The position numbers and the translations under genes are program-made. Below are positions 36,325-50,081 of a stretch of DNA of 64,000 bases, in pieces. The stretch's first letter is position 1. Each line of letters starts with the position of its first letter. Source of the stretch: Kudoa neothunni. Taxonomy: Eukaryota; Animalia; Cnidaria. The stretch is from positions 9,656,240 to 9,720,239 of the forward strand of contig OZ199840.1 of NCBI GenBank assembly GCA_964304625.1, written 5' to 3'. The notes below the pieces were generated by a model, which saw only the letters and a program-made list of their open reading frames with translations, ran no database searches and was not told the DNA's origin.

Positions 36325-39300
36325 CCCTCCAACGATCATTTTCATTTGGGGTCGATTCGACCCCATCTTTTTATTTCATCATTTTGTACATAAATTTCAT
36401 TAAATTTGTTATGTGAGATATGAAAGATATTTACCGACAGAATTCTAAGAAAAATCAAAATTAATCCTTAAACTAATCTTACGCAACCTAATCGAATATC
36501 GCTTGCGCACAATTTCGGCGATCGATTGCTCTAGGTTAGGGATCTCGAAACTTATTGCGGATAATACCAACAACCCATTGTTGGTATTACTCCGAGGGAC
36601 ATATTAAAAGTTGAAACCGAAAAAACTTGAAAATCTAAATAAGTGCGTATACAAAATTCTTAGAGGCGCAATAATACAAATAAATAAGTATAACAGAAAC
36701 TATAATAAGTTTATTTTCCATTATGTGAATAGTGAAGTAGTTTCAGATCTGATATAATAATATCCCATTGTGGTGTGAACTTTGACGTCCCTATCATCAA
36801 TATGGAAGTTAAATGATCGTCAGACAACTGTGTTCTGTATGTGGATTTGGCATATTTCATTTTTGAAAATTTTTTCTCTCACTAATAGGTTATGGAAAAT
36901 ATTGAAATATATTTACTAGCATAAGATAAAAGATTCGGAAAATCACGACGAGGCAAAAGCTTATAAAATTGTAATAAATTGTTTTCATTATATTTACGTT
37001 TGTATATTTCAATTTTTTGGATGTCAATGATTTCCATTTGAAACTCCTTAGGTAACTGGTTGACATGATATCCAAAAGGATTCTCAAATATTAAAATATT
37101 CAAGGAAAATGTCTCAATAACGTTGAGACGCTCATCAAGCTGCTGCATTAAATTGGAGAGAGTTTCTTGGACGACAACAGTTGGAAAAGATACATTACTT
37201 TGTTTCACATATTTTTTAATTGTGAATTAAATAAAATAAATTTCTCTCGAAACGCTTTCACTAATGAATAAGCATCGTTTATTAAAAATGTTTCGCCTTT
37301 CAATTTAAGATCGAAATCTTTCAGGTGTATTGTCAAATCTGAAAAAAAGCCAATCATCGTTTTTTAACAAATTTAGAGGATTATTATGTTCAGTAAGAAA
37401 AAAATCAATTTCTGTTCTTAAGTCAGAGAATCGACTTAAAACTTTCCACAGCTAAGTTATCTCACATTTGTGTAATATGGAAAATCCGAGTATTCTGCAT
37501 TTGAATCTTTTAAAGATTCCTTAAATTGCCTACGATGGAATCCATGTGACAGGACAAAATTAACAATGGAAACAACGTGATTTAATACTGATGAGAGGTA
37601 CCTATTTTTTCCATATAGAGAGCTTGTTGATGAATAATACATTGAAGCGCCGAAGGTTTTTGTTCACCGGAGTTTTCGACCGCTTTATATATTTGCCCAA
37701 CTAAGCCTTTTGTTTTTTCACTCATATTTCTACCCCCCATCAGTAGTGATGCATATAAGTTTATTCCAATTTAGGTTGAAATTTTGGAATGACTTTTCAA
37801 TCTCATTAAATAAATCGAGACCCTTGTAGTTCCGTGTATGCTATGTACGGAGAGGAGTTCCTCTGTAACTTTCAACTTGATATTTACCCCTCTAATGAAA
37901 AATAAAAGTTGAGAGGTGTTTGAAATATCAGTGGATTCATCGAGGGCGATAGAAAAGCAGACAAATTTCTCTATTTTCTCTTGTAATTGCGAAATAATAT
38001 TTTCACGGATATTTTCCACTCAACGAATTATTATGTAAGCCGAGAGACTTACCTCAGAAAATGAGCTGGCTTTTTCCGAACATACCTCGTTTACCACGTC
38101 CTTTAGAGATTGCTAGAAAATTTCACCGTCAGAAAATGGTTTTCCCTTTTTTGACTACCAAATAGGTCTTGCGAAAACTAGCTCTTGTGGCCGCTTCATT
38201 TTCATGGGCAATTTTTTAGTAGATCAAATGCCTCTACAAAAAATTAATTTTTAATGTTCTGAACTTCTCGGTACGAAAAATTCCATTGTACTTTGAATAC
38301 TCCGACGAAGCTTTTGTCTCGTAATGTCTGCGATTGTTAAATTCTTCCAGTACTGCGATAGTGTTTTCACAAATAACACATATTGCTTTGTTTCCCAAAT
38401 TAATAATAAAGTACTCTGTATTCCATTAATCGTTAATCAGTCGACATTCAAGGTCGATTTTTCTGTTTCTTCCATTTCCCGCCATTTTCGCATGATAAAT
38501 CGAAGAGACACAGCGCGTGAAAACGAACACAGATCAATGAGAATGATTGAAAACCCTTGTTGTTACACGTGCTATTAGACTGTTATTTAACCAATAAAGA
38601 TTCTATATATAAATCAATATTAGGAAGTTACCTGGAAAAATTACGATTTTTCTATAAATATATCTTTAAATATCGGAATATTTGTAATACGAATAATGGG
38701 TAATATTACTATACGAGTATTGAGAATTCAAGTTTTTCAATGTTTATTATTAAGTTTAATAATAACTATAGCAATTATAAGGAAAGAACTATGAATCTAA
38801 CGAGACAATTTTTATGCGATTTGTGTACCATTTAATTGAAAAATAACACTAATTAATTATATTTTAAGCGTCATTATGGAAACGTCTGTGGGTCATAGTT
38901 CGGAGACCCCTCGTCTAGGTAATACAGTGGGGAATCGATTTTACGTAATCCCCACGGGATTGACAAAAAGGTACGTAAAATCGGTTGTCGATTGTGTAAA
39001 ATATTTTTCCCTTCAATAGTAATTTGATAACAGGAGAATATCTATAGACTTTAAATTTACTTTTTTTTATTACATAACAGTGAGTTTTCTGGTAGTGAAT
39101 ATGAGGATCTCTCGAGAAACTGATGACGACGATCTGGGCATATAAGATAATTCATTTATTAGTAAATATGGGTTAGTTTATAATCTTAAAAAAAATCTAT
39201 ATTAAGAACATATGCAGAAAGTATTTTTTTTAACTCTCAGGCGCGCTCAACAATCTATACGACGTTGAAAGTAAAATCAATGTTGGATTGTTGTTATTTG

Positions 39301-39791
39301 TGGATTGTGCAAACTCAATTTTTTCAGTGACCATTCAGCTAGATATTGTATTAATTTGTTCAAAGTTGATAAAAAATTAATCCATGCGAAATAATATATT
39401 ACGTAGGCAGTCTTATGTTGTGGATGAATGTTGGAACGCGTTATTTTTTTTAATGCGCAAAGTCATAAAGCTACATTTATGTTTGTTTTTGTTTCAGTAA
39501 AATTTCGCTAAAATTGTAATAACTAGCATCATTAAATTAGTTTGTATAGATGAATCTTATTTCACGATGTAGCCGCCACTTCCTTGATGTGTGATTAACG
39601 ATGTTTGACGAAGTTGTCCGAGATATACATTAACAGATTACCGAAGATTAATGGGTTAGTAAACTTCAATTTACTCGAAACTCTGTGGATAGATATCTTA
39701 TCTATTTTATAAACAGAAACAAAATATTTTTTAGTAAAGAAAAATAAAATAAAAATGTGGGGTCGTTTCGACCCCAAATGATCGTTGGAGG
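36325..39791. mobile_element. piggyBac-like non-autonomous element hosting a hAT insertion
   Basis: TIR CCTCCAACGATCAT plus subterminal palindrome TGGGGTCG(A/T)TTCGACCCCA at both ends; TTAA flanks are degenerate. Confidence 0.6.
36537..38912 (-). mobile_element. hAT transposon, Buster/SPIN (GTF2IRD2-like) family, decayed transposase
   Basis: TIRs TAGGGATCTCGAAACT / AGTTCGGAGACCCCTC; 8-bp TSD CTCTAGGT/GTCTAGGT; motifs GKPFSDGE, FSIALDESTDISNTSQLLFFIRG, HRRQFK..YYTNVR, FENPF..QMEIID and FPNL..SIFSITY. Confidence 0.92.
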
Positions 39792-40801
39792 TAATTCGTT
39801 TTTATAATCATGTTATGAACGATCATTGAAATAAATTGAAAAAAAGAATGATTAGAAATTTTTGAAAACAGATTTTGTGATTGCTTTCCGACAAAGAAAT
39901 CCCTAGTAGGCATAGGTGTGACATTGTTGAATCCTACTTTACAAATATACGCATAAAATAAAGAGTAGATTGGTCCTCACTGTAATGTGTACGGTGGGAT
40001 AATGTATTTTTCTTTTATAAAAATTATAATAAAATTAAATTTACTAAACAAATTTATATTGAATATAAACGTAATGGGTTATATGAATTGCGCACATTTT
40101 TGTGAGAGCGATTAAATTATCTTTATTGGATTACTTTTTATTAACCACTAAAGCCCTGTATAAATATCAGTGGATTAAGTACTAATTTGTATATAGATTT
40201 TGAAATTATCTCTGAGTTATACTATTCTGGATTGTTGTCTAATTCCTCTAAAGTGCGATATTTGGACATTTTTTAGTATTCAAATTTATCCATAGTTCTA
40301 TAATTACTCACTTATTCATCTGGTATTTTACAAAGTAAATTATCTACTAATTTAATTGCACATCTGGTTTATATTCGTGATTTTGCCGGACAGATATTGT
40401 ACCAAAATAATAATTTTCAGATAGATCAAAAAATTACAGATTCAAAATAATAGCTATATTTAAAATTAAATTAAAAGATTTCCTGAACATACAAAAAAAA
40501 GGAGAAATTATTTTTTTGGATCCAGCTCATTTGGAGAAACACTTCTTATTCCATCAAAGATATACCCCAATGTCGGAGATTTTCACTCTCAAATGTATCA
40601 ATAAAATAAATTAAATATTAGGAGTTCGAAAAACTCGAAATATTGTATTTTTAATAACTAATAAAATAACTAGGTTTCATATTGCTGGATCAATACATAT
40701 ATATATATATATACATACATACATACATACATACCTATTTTACTATTTGGGTTCATTCATAAAACTGCATTACGGTCAACCAAACATAAATTATTATCGC
40801 A

Positions 40802-41495
40802 ATGATCAAATTGATATTTTGCATTGGAATGATAATTGTACTCGGTATCGCTACTAGACTACAACATATACTTGATTATTACAGATACCTTTAACTTTGA
40901 TTAAGAATTTAAAGCAATAGATGGGGGATACGCCGGAATTGAACTAGCTGAAGACACACATACATGTAAGGATGCGGACAATACCTTTGCCGTTGAAGGT
41001 GAATATTTCGTACCAAACAGCAAGAATGCGTGCTTTGTATGCATTTGCGCTCCCAGACAAAATCTTGACTGCCATGTTTTGAATTGCGATAGGGCAATCC
41101 CTTATGGGGTGAGTCTCTATTCGCTCATATATTGTTGCAAACTTTATAAAGGTAATATTTCAGAGATATTTTTAACCTTTAAAAGTCATATACTAATAAC
41201 ATTGTATAGTTGATGCAATCAAAATAAAAAGATTGCAATTACGACATAAAACAAATATAAGAAATATAATAATTTATGGTTCAATAGGCTGTAGTATCGT
41301 ATTTATTCTATTGTGTGTGATAATTGGAGTGGTGATATGTAAAAGATGTCGAAAATCTCGTGATATTATGTATATCTTTATTCTATTTTACCTATTTTTA
41401 ATGTAGGGGTGAGCGGGAAAATGAGACATTCTGGATATCCACATAGAAATCGAAATAATGGTTATGATGTGGTGTTACACAGTAGAAATTACTGA
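40802..41495 (+). CDS. Type I membrane protein with a single VWC domain (DGCR2/IDD-like); 3' exons uncertain
   Basis: Signal peptide MIKLIFCIGMIIVL|E; VWC CKDADNTFAVEGEYFVPNSKNACFVCIC..DC....CDR..CCK; TM IGCSIVFILLCVIIGVVIC followed by KRCRK. Confidence 0.75.
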
Positions 41496-43099
41496 TTCTA
41501 AACTTGATTTTATTATATTGGAGTTGAAGTAAACCACCTTATAATAATCTACAGGATTCTAATATGGTTTGTTTTTTTATTTCGTTAAATGTGTCTCCAT
41601 ATCATTATAATAATCATTTTTGACTGTTTCGTTTACATGTATTTTTCACATAGGAGATGGAGTAGACAACCTTTAAATCATATTTTCGTTAAAATTGGCT
41701 TATTTAAAAATACATATTTATTAATATGTATGAAATTAATTTCCTACGATTAAATATAAATTTTTAATGCCGTATGTTATATATATTACTTATATAAAAT
41801 AGTTAAATTGTTATTTTTCAAATTTTGTATGTATGTACATTATCATTCCATTTTATTAATAATTCATTCTCATATCATCACTATATTTATACGTTTTAGT
41901 TATTTATAATAATAATAATTCTTAATATATATATATATGTATATTTTTAATTAATGATAAAATAATTTCATAGCTTTAAAATATCGCATCCAGTCAACAA
42001 CAAAAAATAAATACAAATTAGCTGTGTAACAAACAAACAAACAAACTTTTTTAAATATCTAAAATATTTATTGATTTAGTTTTATGTTAAAAAGCAACAT
42101 GTAATCCCTTAATTTAACTAATAAAATACAGAAATACACTAATTTAAATAACAACATAACTCTAATATTATGTAATAAAATTTTTTAGTCAACAGAATTT
42201 TTCTATTATAATGATTGTATAACAAATATTACGATTTAGACGTAAATTAAGTCCTCCTCATTATGATCATATTAAAATATATCAATCTTATTCTTTTAAG
42301 CAAGGAAGTGACTATTGGCCCGGTAGATTAGTATCACATGCTATTTAAATTTACTTTGAGTTGATATGAAATTACATTTAATATTTTAAACAGCATTTTA
42401 ACCACAAGTATATTTATCAATTATGTTTAATTAAAGAGAATAATCAGAAACCTATTTACACACGGATAGAATCGAGATTTTCATTATTAGAATTGTGATA
42501 AATGCTACTCTTACATAAACTAATATATTTATGAACTATTGGATTAATAAGTTAATTTACATAGTGCATAACAAAAAAAAGTTCATTTAGTCAAACGGTA
42601 AGGCAATTTGACAAAATTTATCTCGAAATATTATTCAAGTTATGCTTGCTTTTTGAATGAATTTAACTTTTGACGCTATTTCGAATGAGTAAGTAAATAT
42701 TTCCTCCCGATTTTGAAAAATATCAATTATATTTGTATATTCTTAAAATTGAAACTTATTTAATTATGATTATATATGACGTCATAATCGGCTCCCTCAT
42801 GGTTTTAAATATATAACGCTATTATAGAATTTAATTTCAAAAACGAAGCTTTAAACAAATCGACATTTAATAACTAATGCTGCTTATAAAAGAAATAGTA
42901 CTTATTGGATTATTCGCGGAAATAAAAATATTAAAAATATAATATAATTTAGCACTATTTGTATTTGCAATACAAAAGTTTTGTATCCGGAAAAATCGTA
43001 AATAATTTCGAAAATAATTCGAATAAGATTATTCTTTTGTTGGTGAAATATTTTTTTTCAAGTTTACAACTTTCATTCTTTTATTTGTTCTTGAATAAC

Positions 43100-44420
43100 T
43101 TTTTACATTTATTGCAACACTAATATTTAGAATATGGGCTAACACTGATATTTTGACATTTTTAATGACTCCATTCTAAGCATATATCACAACCTATAGA
43201 TGATTCCATGTTCCCAATCGTGTTTTTACAGATACTGCACATATAGCCAAGAGTTTTTTTGTTTTTTATAATTGTTTTAATATTATAAATGGCATCGTCG
43301 GTAAAATAAGGAAATATTTTATCAATTTTAACCCTTTGGTCAAGAATTATATCATTTATGTTATTGGAAAAAATCTCGACATCCTTTTCATCAATTTTTT
43401 CTTTATTAACCATAGTTTTTCTCGCAATGTTTTTATCAGCAAACCAACTCAACATAACTACTTATTATTTAAAAAATTTTTAATATTCTCGAAATTTTTT
43501 ACTTTTCAGTTAAATTCATAAACGAATTCATGTGAACTTTAGATCTTTTTAACCAATTACAGTCGCAAATGAACCTTTAGGGCGGCCCTTGTATTTAATT
43601 TTTAAGGGAAAATTAATTCTACCTTTTGAATCAAAAACATAATTAACTGTTGTATTATATGAAATTTTATTATCTTCATCAGATATCTCAGATAATTTTT
43701 CATCATTATTGGATTTTTCTCTATAATTAGAATAAATATTTAAACAGGGATTCCGCTTGAGTCATGTTGACTTTCGTATATAGGATAATGATGTAATTCT
43801 GAATTTAATAAGATCAAAATTAATATTATATTATATAGAAAAATACTTTTAGACACAATGATGTTTTTACTTGAGGTTGTTGAAACCTCACTTATAGGGG
43901 CATTATCGTTAAGTCTTATTATCGCAATTTTTTCATTATTTTCAATGCATTCCAAAAATTGTTTCAGCATATCTATCCAATAATTATATTCAGGGTCTGT
44001 TTTTCTAGGATTCTAGCAGCGACGGTTTTCATTAACCTAGAAACTTCATTAAATTTTTTCTGTTCTGAATATTGTACATTCTTGGATAAGGAACTGCAAG
44101 TAATCGAATCGCTTCCAAATCGACATCATTCTTTTTGCAAACATTTTCTTGAAACCTGTAATGTTCAATAAAGTAATTTTTCATCCATCTCTTGGAGCAA
44201 AAAGATTTATCAAAAAGTAGAAGATTACACTTTTTCCGAGATGTAAATACGTGATAGCATGGTAAGTTCATGCTGATTCTAAAGGGACAATCACATTTAT
44301 CATTAGAAGACATTAAAACCATTTGGAAGTTTCGTCACCGAACTTTTCTGGTGTTAGAAGAACTTTCGAATATTCATTTGAAACCATTTGAAATGGGTAT
44401 TTGGGTAAAAAATTACAATA
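43100..44420 (-). pseudogene. MULE-type transposase C-terminal remnant (SWIM finger, AT-hook-like motif, PHD finger)
   Basis: CDCPFRISMNLPCYH (SWIM) plus SKRW; KGRPKG; CSIC..IGCDICLEWSH..C (PHD); multiple stops. Confidence 0.75.
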
Positions 44421-44649
44421 GGTAACCGATTTTCCGTAACTTTCTGCACACACAAAAATAAAAAAATATACAGATTTTAAAGAAATTAATTTCGTTTATA
44501 CATTCATCTCCTTTTATTGAAATAATATTTTATGTTATGTTATTTGTAATTATATTTTTCCTGCATGTTTAAACATTTAAATGAATTCTTTGATGATATA
44601 AATTCTACCACTCGTTCATCTTTAGTTTCCAAATTAGCAGGTTCAACAA

Positions 44650-45780
44650 TCAAAGGAGCGAGCTCGTCTTAGTGTTTTGATGTAGGCATGATGACTTCCT
44701 CTTGAATAATCTCGGAATTTCCAGCTGAGAATTCTTTATTGTCAAGATTAATTTTCGATGAACGCTCGTATTCATTGGTTGCAGGAAACCTATATTTTCT
44801 GAAACAATTAAATGCAATATCCTTTGAAACATCGTCCCATGATTTTTTAATTAGGAACAATCTTTGAAGCATACCTTGGGAGGATGTATTTATATCACTG
44901 CTAACTGCAGCAATATGGATTTCTATTAAATTATTTTTGTAATTTAATATGAATGAGAAAATGATCCCATGGTCTAATAGTTGCAAAATGATAACTGAAT
45001 TTTTTGTAAGATATATAAGAGAGATATTGGACAAATGAATTTCTGCGTAGCAAGTGCCATTATTAAGAAGTAGTAAACTCCCTTGTATTTCGTTTTGAAT
45101 GCATTATCAAAACTTGAAGGATATTTGTTAAATAATTATCTAGTCATCCATTCTTTCCTGCTTGATTTGTATTTTACTATAAATGTTTTATTTAGCATTT
45201 TTTAAAAACAACTTGGTTTTTGTGATTTCCAATCACAAGAGATTCACTGCAACCTGCAACCTCCAGGCGTAGATGCATGTCGCAAGACAGTAACTATTTT
45301 TAAGATCTTTTTCTCTCGACAAAACACAGCATTAAAAATAATGAACCCCTTTGTTTCTACTAAAATAAAGCAGTTTGTCATGATTATGTATACAACCATC
45401 GTTGTTACCTTTGACTTAATCATTCAATTTAGGTTACCAATTTTCTACAAAACTTTAATCAACATAAGCAGTGAAATTTTTAAATTAAATCATGATTTAA
45501 AACCAAGAAATCAATCATGGGTCATTACTGCGTTTAAGTTCAATTCTTTTGTCAATTGGTTTCTTCTATATATGATATCATGATCAGATAGTTAAATTTT
45601 TTTATCTCAAGTGATTCACACAGTCATATACCAAAGTATCGAGGTCGTTATTTGAACACTGTTTAAAATTTTTTCTCTCTGAAGAAGCCAAGCCAGTTAT
45701 AAGATAAAACTATATCTTTCTTCCTAATCAAGATGATATCTAGAGTAGAAATAGAAAAGAGTTTAAATTTACTACAAGTG
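44650..45780 (-). pseudogene. pogo/Tigger (CENP-B-like) transposase remnant
   Basis: KSQKPSCFK, YKSSRKEWMTR, LLLNNG, QLLDHGII..F and KSWDDVSKDIAFNCFRKY are characteristic Tigger DDE-domain motifs; heavily frameshifted. Confidence 0.8.
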
Positions 45781-47068
45781 GTATTTTTGCACTACTATTT
45801 AGTATACATTTAAAAAAATCAATAAATTTATATTTTAGTTTTGCTATTTCCTCATTTTTAACTTTTTCAGATATTACAAACGTAAAAATGGCACATCACT
45901 AAATCCGCCTATAGCTGAAAAGTCACGGAAAATCGGTTAAACGCTAATAATGTGAAAACCCCCACTTTTAAATGTTCAATTTTTAAAATTATTATTAAAA
46001 CCTAAAAATAGCATCAAATCAAATCAAGTCAATATATGGTTTAAAATATTAAAACAATATTCTAATGGAAGAAAGTCCAAAAATCGGTCACCTACTGCAT
46101 TATTCTACCAGCTAAGTTTTTCTTTTATTCTCAAAATCCATGATTATATTTTTAAATATATTCCTCTGTTGTCAGAAATATTTAAATATATAAATTGGTA
46201 CTTTAAAAGTAGAAATTTGGCATTATAAATTAATATACGATAAGGAATATATATATATAGTATAGTTATTTTTAGATTTTGAATTTTTAAGTTATGATAA
46301 GACGACTAAGCCAAACTTTAAACAATTATATCTAACTTACTACTCTTTGATAATGTTTAATTAAACAAAATTATTATAATAGGCGCGATTCGCATGCCAA
46401 ATTAAATTAGGTAACAGAATCAAGTTGTTATAGAAACAAAAAAATTAATTTCAAAAATCCCTTTCTTCAAAGTACATCGATAATATTTATTTTATTGTAG
46501 AAAAGCTTTTTATATATTTTAAACTATGCTGCGCATGCGCGAGATACAAAAATATACCAATATTTATATTTCTCGAATAAAATGACCAGAGTTAATTATA
46601 TTTCCAATTATAAGTTTTTGTAATAAACTCCACATAAAAGTTGAAATGTAACCATAATAATTTTCAAAAATATGAATTTTTTTCCATTTTGCATTGATAT
46701 TTGGATTTTTTATTTAATTTGGATTACGTATAACATAGTTGATATCTTGTTCTACTAAAATTCAAGTTTCTTTGAGGTTTTAAACAAATATCTATAGACT
46801 AGAGTGGGATTGTTAAAATCTATTTTGAAAAAATATCAGTTCCCCAACATTAGTGGTCATGTCGATATTGTATTTAACTCTTCCATATGCATTCCAATAT
46901 TGAATTGGATATTTGGACGAGATAATTTATGAATCCATTTAGTTTCGTGTTTTCATAGATTATTATTTTCGCCCTCAATTTTTCAAATTATTTAACGACC
47001 TTCGCAACGGGGACAAATGATAGGGATGAAAAACATTTAATCAATAAGTTAATGTTTGGATTATTAGA

Positions 47069-47100
<32 letters not shown>

Positions 47101-47960
47101 CTGTAAGCCCCAATTTTTGTATCTTCCTCCAAAAGCGTTGTCCTAAATGGAATAAACAACTATATGTTAGTTAATTTTTATGCTTTTTTAAGAGCACACA
47201 TAGCGGCTAATTCCATATCTAAAATAATGTTATCAGGGAAATTGACATTCATGTTTTCAGTTAGAATACAAAGAACTTTCTCATAATAAATTGGGGTTTT
47301 ATTCGACATCAATGTATAAATTTGTAAAAAAATTTCCCGTGTATTATATAAAGTTAGTGAGATTATTTGGGCACTACGTTAAACGTCCCATCTGCAATCC
47401 AAACTAACGAATTATTAAGATGTATTATATTAGTTTTAGTCGTAAATATAATCATCCTAAAGCTATATCGCGAACCAGATTCGTATAAGCAGAACTCTTT
47501 GTCCCTATGAGTTTTAATTCCTGATTTGGATAGATCAATATCTGTATTAATTGAAATATTTTACCTCTTTCTTTGGTGTTGAATATTTTTATAAATCGTA
47601 TTCATGGGAACAAGGGGTAAACCATGAATATTCGTTGTGGTAGTTGCAATTGAAAAAACTTTACTTGTGAAATACTATGTAGATTGCGATGATTATTTTA
47701 TTTTTCCAAAAAATTCGGCCATTTTAATGTCATCGTCGCTTACAATATGGTTATAACTACCACGTTTTCCAATATTCGAAATGTTATCTAATGGAGTAGT
47801 TGTGAGCCTGCTTCTACAAGCCCTCTTTTCACGTCGTCAATATTGACAAGTCGTTGTAGCGTAATCCTTAACATAAAAATAACCTCCAACGCGAATTTTA
47901 ATACTAGCTCTTTGAGTTTTAAATGCTAATAATTTAAATTTGAAGGTAACTCGATACTCA
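47101..47960 (-). pseudogene. FLYWCH-MULE transposase remnant, truncated at a (TA)n microsatellite
   Basis: ADGTFNVVP..IHG; DMELAAMCA; CLFHLGQRFWRKIQKLGL (MULE C..H motif); upstream FLYWCH-like Y..W.C..C..HNH remnant. Confidence 0.8.
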
Positions 47961-48644
47961 TATTCTTAAATTAACTATCGATTTAATCAAAATAAACACG
48001 AGAGCACGTATTAGCTCCGACGAGTTCTCTCCATGCTATTTTAACTATCTAAAAGTTATTACTTATATAGTAGTCATGTTCAGGTATGTGTGTAGCTCTT
48101 ATCTTTTTCTGATTTTAAGCGAAAAAATTAAATGTAAAACTCCATTATTTAAGCATTTCTAAAAGCATCATTATATTATAAAATACAATTAGGGAAAAAA
48201 AGGAAATAAAATATTTTTTAAATATTATTGACATATAAGCGCTGATTGGCCATCACTAGGTATTCGAGGGTTAAATAAAAATATGTGGATATGTATATTT
48301 ATTAAAATAACTATACTTTACATTCTGCGCATATTAAGAATTTGTTTACATACATCAATGATGCATTTTTGGTAATATTTTCTAGCGCGTCAAGTGGATT
48401 AACGAATAAGCAAGTATTCGAGGCATATTAACAAAAAAAATTCGAAGTAATTTATTATAACTATATTCCCTAGTAATTAGTTAGTTAGTTAGTTAGAGTA
48501 GTGTCGGAATTTAAAAATTCCGGAAACATGAACATGAGAGAGGAAATGATTTAATTACATTCAAAAAAATATGCCAAAAAAGTACCAAAATAAATTAAAT
48601 ACTAACAACAACACATAACATCATACAAAAAATTGGTTTCATTC

Positions 48645-50081
48645 TTATATAAGAAGTTTCTCAAGAATGCCAACAACATTGCTTCTAAAGACACTATCCG
48701 AAAAACAGGATTTCATTTTGGAGCGGGCGTTTTTTCTAATTTGTTTCAGGTGGTTTGGAGTCATCGAAAGAATGGTACTGATATGAAGAACATATTCGTT
48801 GATGGATTCAGCTAGAAAGCCGGTACTAGTGCCCACTTCGCCATCTTCAATAGATGAGTCCGTATTGAGAATATCCAGCATGGGGCCTCCAGATTTGTGT
48901 GCTACAACAACCACACCAGCAGCGGCCATTTCAACAACGCTAATACCAAAATGTTCATCCTTCATAGTGTGGATACCGATCAAGCTTGTGTCGAGTTTAT
49001 TTTTAAGTTGGTCAGATGACACACTTGAAAGGAATTTAACTCGTTTTTCAATGCCTAGATCAATAGCTCGTTGAGTGAGACTCTCAAGTAGTCGAAGATC
49101 GGAGTCATTTCGACAACTTCCAATCACATGTAGTTCAAGGGATTCAGCGATTTGTTCATGTTGAAGTGTATCGAGAATTTTTTTGAAAATGAACAACTGA
49201 GTTTTGTGGTCTTTTTCAGGACGAAATTGCCCCAATGATATGATCACAGGATTTCTTTGATGACTAATAAGTTCTTTTTCTTCCGCCGCAGAATTGGTTG
49301 TGTAATCCAATCCACACGGTGGGTACACAGTGTGGAGTCGTGTGGGTGGACAACACCACAATTTCTCGATGTGTTCACGTGTCCATTTGCCATTCACCAT
49401 AACCACGTCTGTGAATTGGCCACAAAAGTAATAGATATACGAAAAAATGTGGTAGTAAATAAGTTTGAATTTGGTCAACAATGGAACCCGGGCAATGAGG
49501 ACATTGTTGTTGAATGAGCTCTTTCTATTCCGCACTACTTCCACCATATTGGTGGTGATTGTGGGATAGTGCACATAGGCGACAACTTTCGAAAAACAGA
49601 ACAACTTAAATATTGGATACATAAATGGTAAACCAGTGGTATCGATAAAAATATCAGGCTCAAAGTGGTAGGCGGCATTAATCGCCACCAATATTGATGC
49701 CAAATTTTGTAACATCAATGTAAATAAAGGATAACGGCCTGGATTGAGATAGCTACAATATCTCACAGGTACCAAATTCACATAATCTGGATTTGGTTGA
49801 ATATCGAATTGGTATTTGACTTGAGAGAGTAAATGATTTTTGTCCAATACTCCATCTGTATAGATGTACACTTTGAGGTGTTTGGATGTGGATTTCAATA
49901 ACGAATCCAACATACACCATAGCACACGTTCACCTCCTCCACCATCACCACACCATGGGTGAAAAATTGCAATTGTTGGGGGTTGGGTCTGCCCGAGTGA
50001 TTGTCTTCTGAGTTTTTTCTGGTGAAAATATGCCACTATTACTATAACGATAACCAGCATCACTGCGACAAAGCCATCCAT
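48645..50081 (-). CDS. ALG11: GDP-Man:Man3GlcNAc2-PP-Dol alpha-1,2-mannosyltransferase (intronless)
   Basis: 478-aa ORF with N-terminal TM, FHPWCGDGGGGERVLW, YVHYPTI, GQFRPEKDH, EHFGISVVE and HKSGGP. Confidence 0.97.
   Translation of the reverse strand: MDGFVAVMLVIVIVIVAYFHQKKLRRQSLGQTQPPTIAIFHPWCGDGGGGERVLWCMLDSLLKSTSKHLKVYIYTDGVLDKNHLLSQVKYQFDIQPNPDYVNLVPVRYCSYLNPGRYPLFTLMLQNLASILVAINAAYHFEPDIFIDTTGLPFMYPIFKLFCFSKVVAYVHYPTITTNMVEVVRNRKSSFNNNVLIARVPLLTKFKLIYYHIFSYIYYFCGQFTDVVMVNGKWTREHIEKLWCCPPTRLHTVYPPCGLDYTTNSAAEEKELISHQRNPVIISLGQFRPEKDHKTQLFIFKKILDTLQHEQIAESLELHVIGSCRNDSDLRLLESLTQRAIDLGIEKRVKFLSSVSSDQLKNKLDTSLIGIHTMKDEHFGISVVEMAAAGVVVVAHKSGGPMLDILNTDSSIEDGEVGTSTGFLAESINEYVLHISTILSMTPNHLKQIRKNARSKMKSCFSDSVFRSNVVGILEKLLI

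Noticed and set aside
48633-49517. Plus-strand ORFs antisense to ALG11 (also shadow ORFs over the Gypsy elements)
   Set aside because: Shadow frames of GC-richer coding sequence with no independent support.
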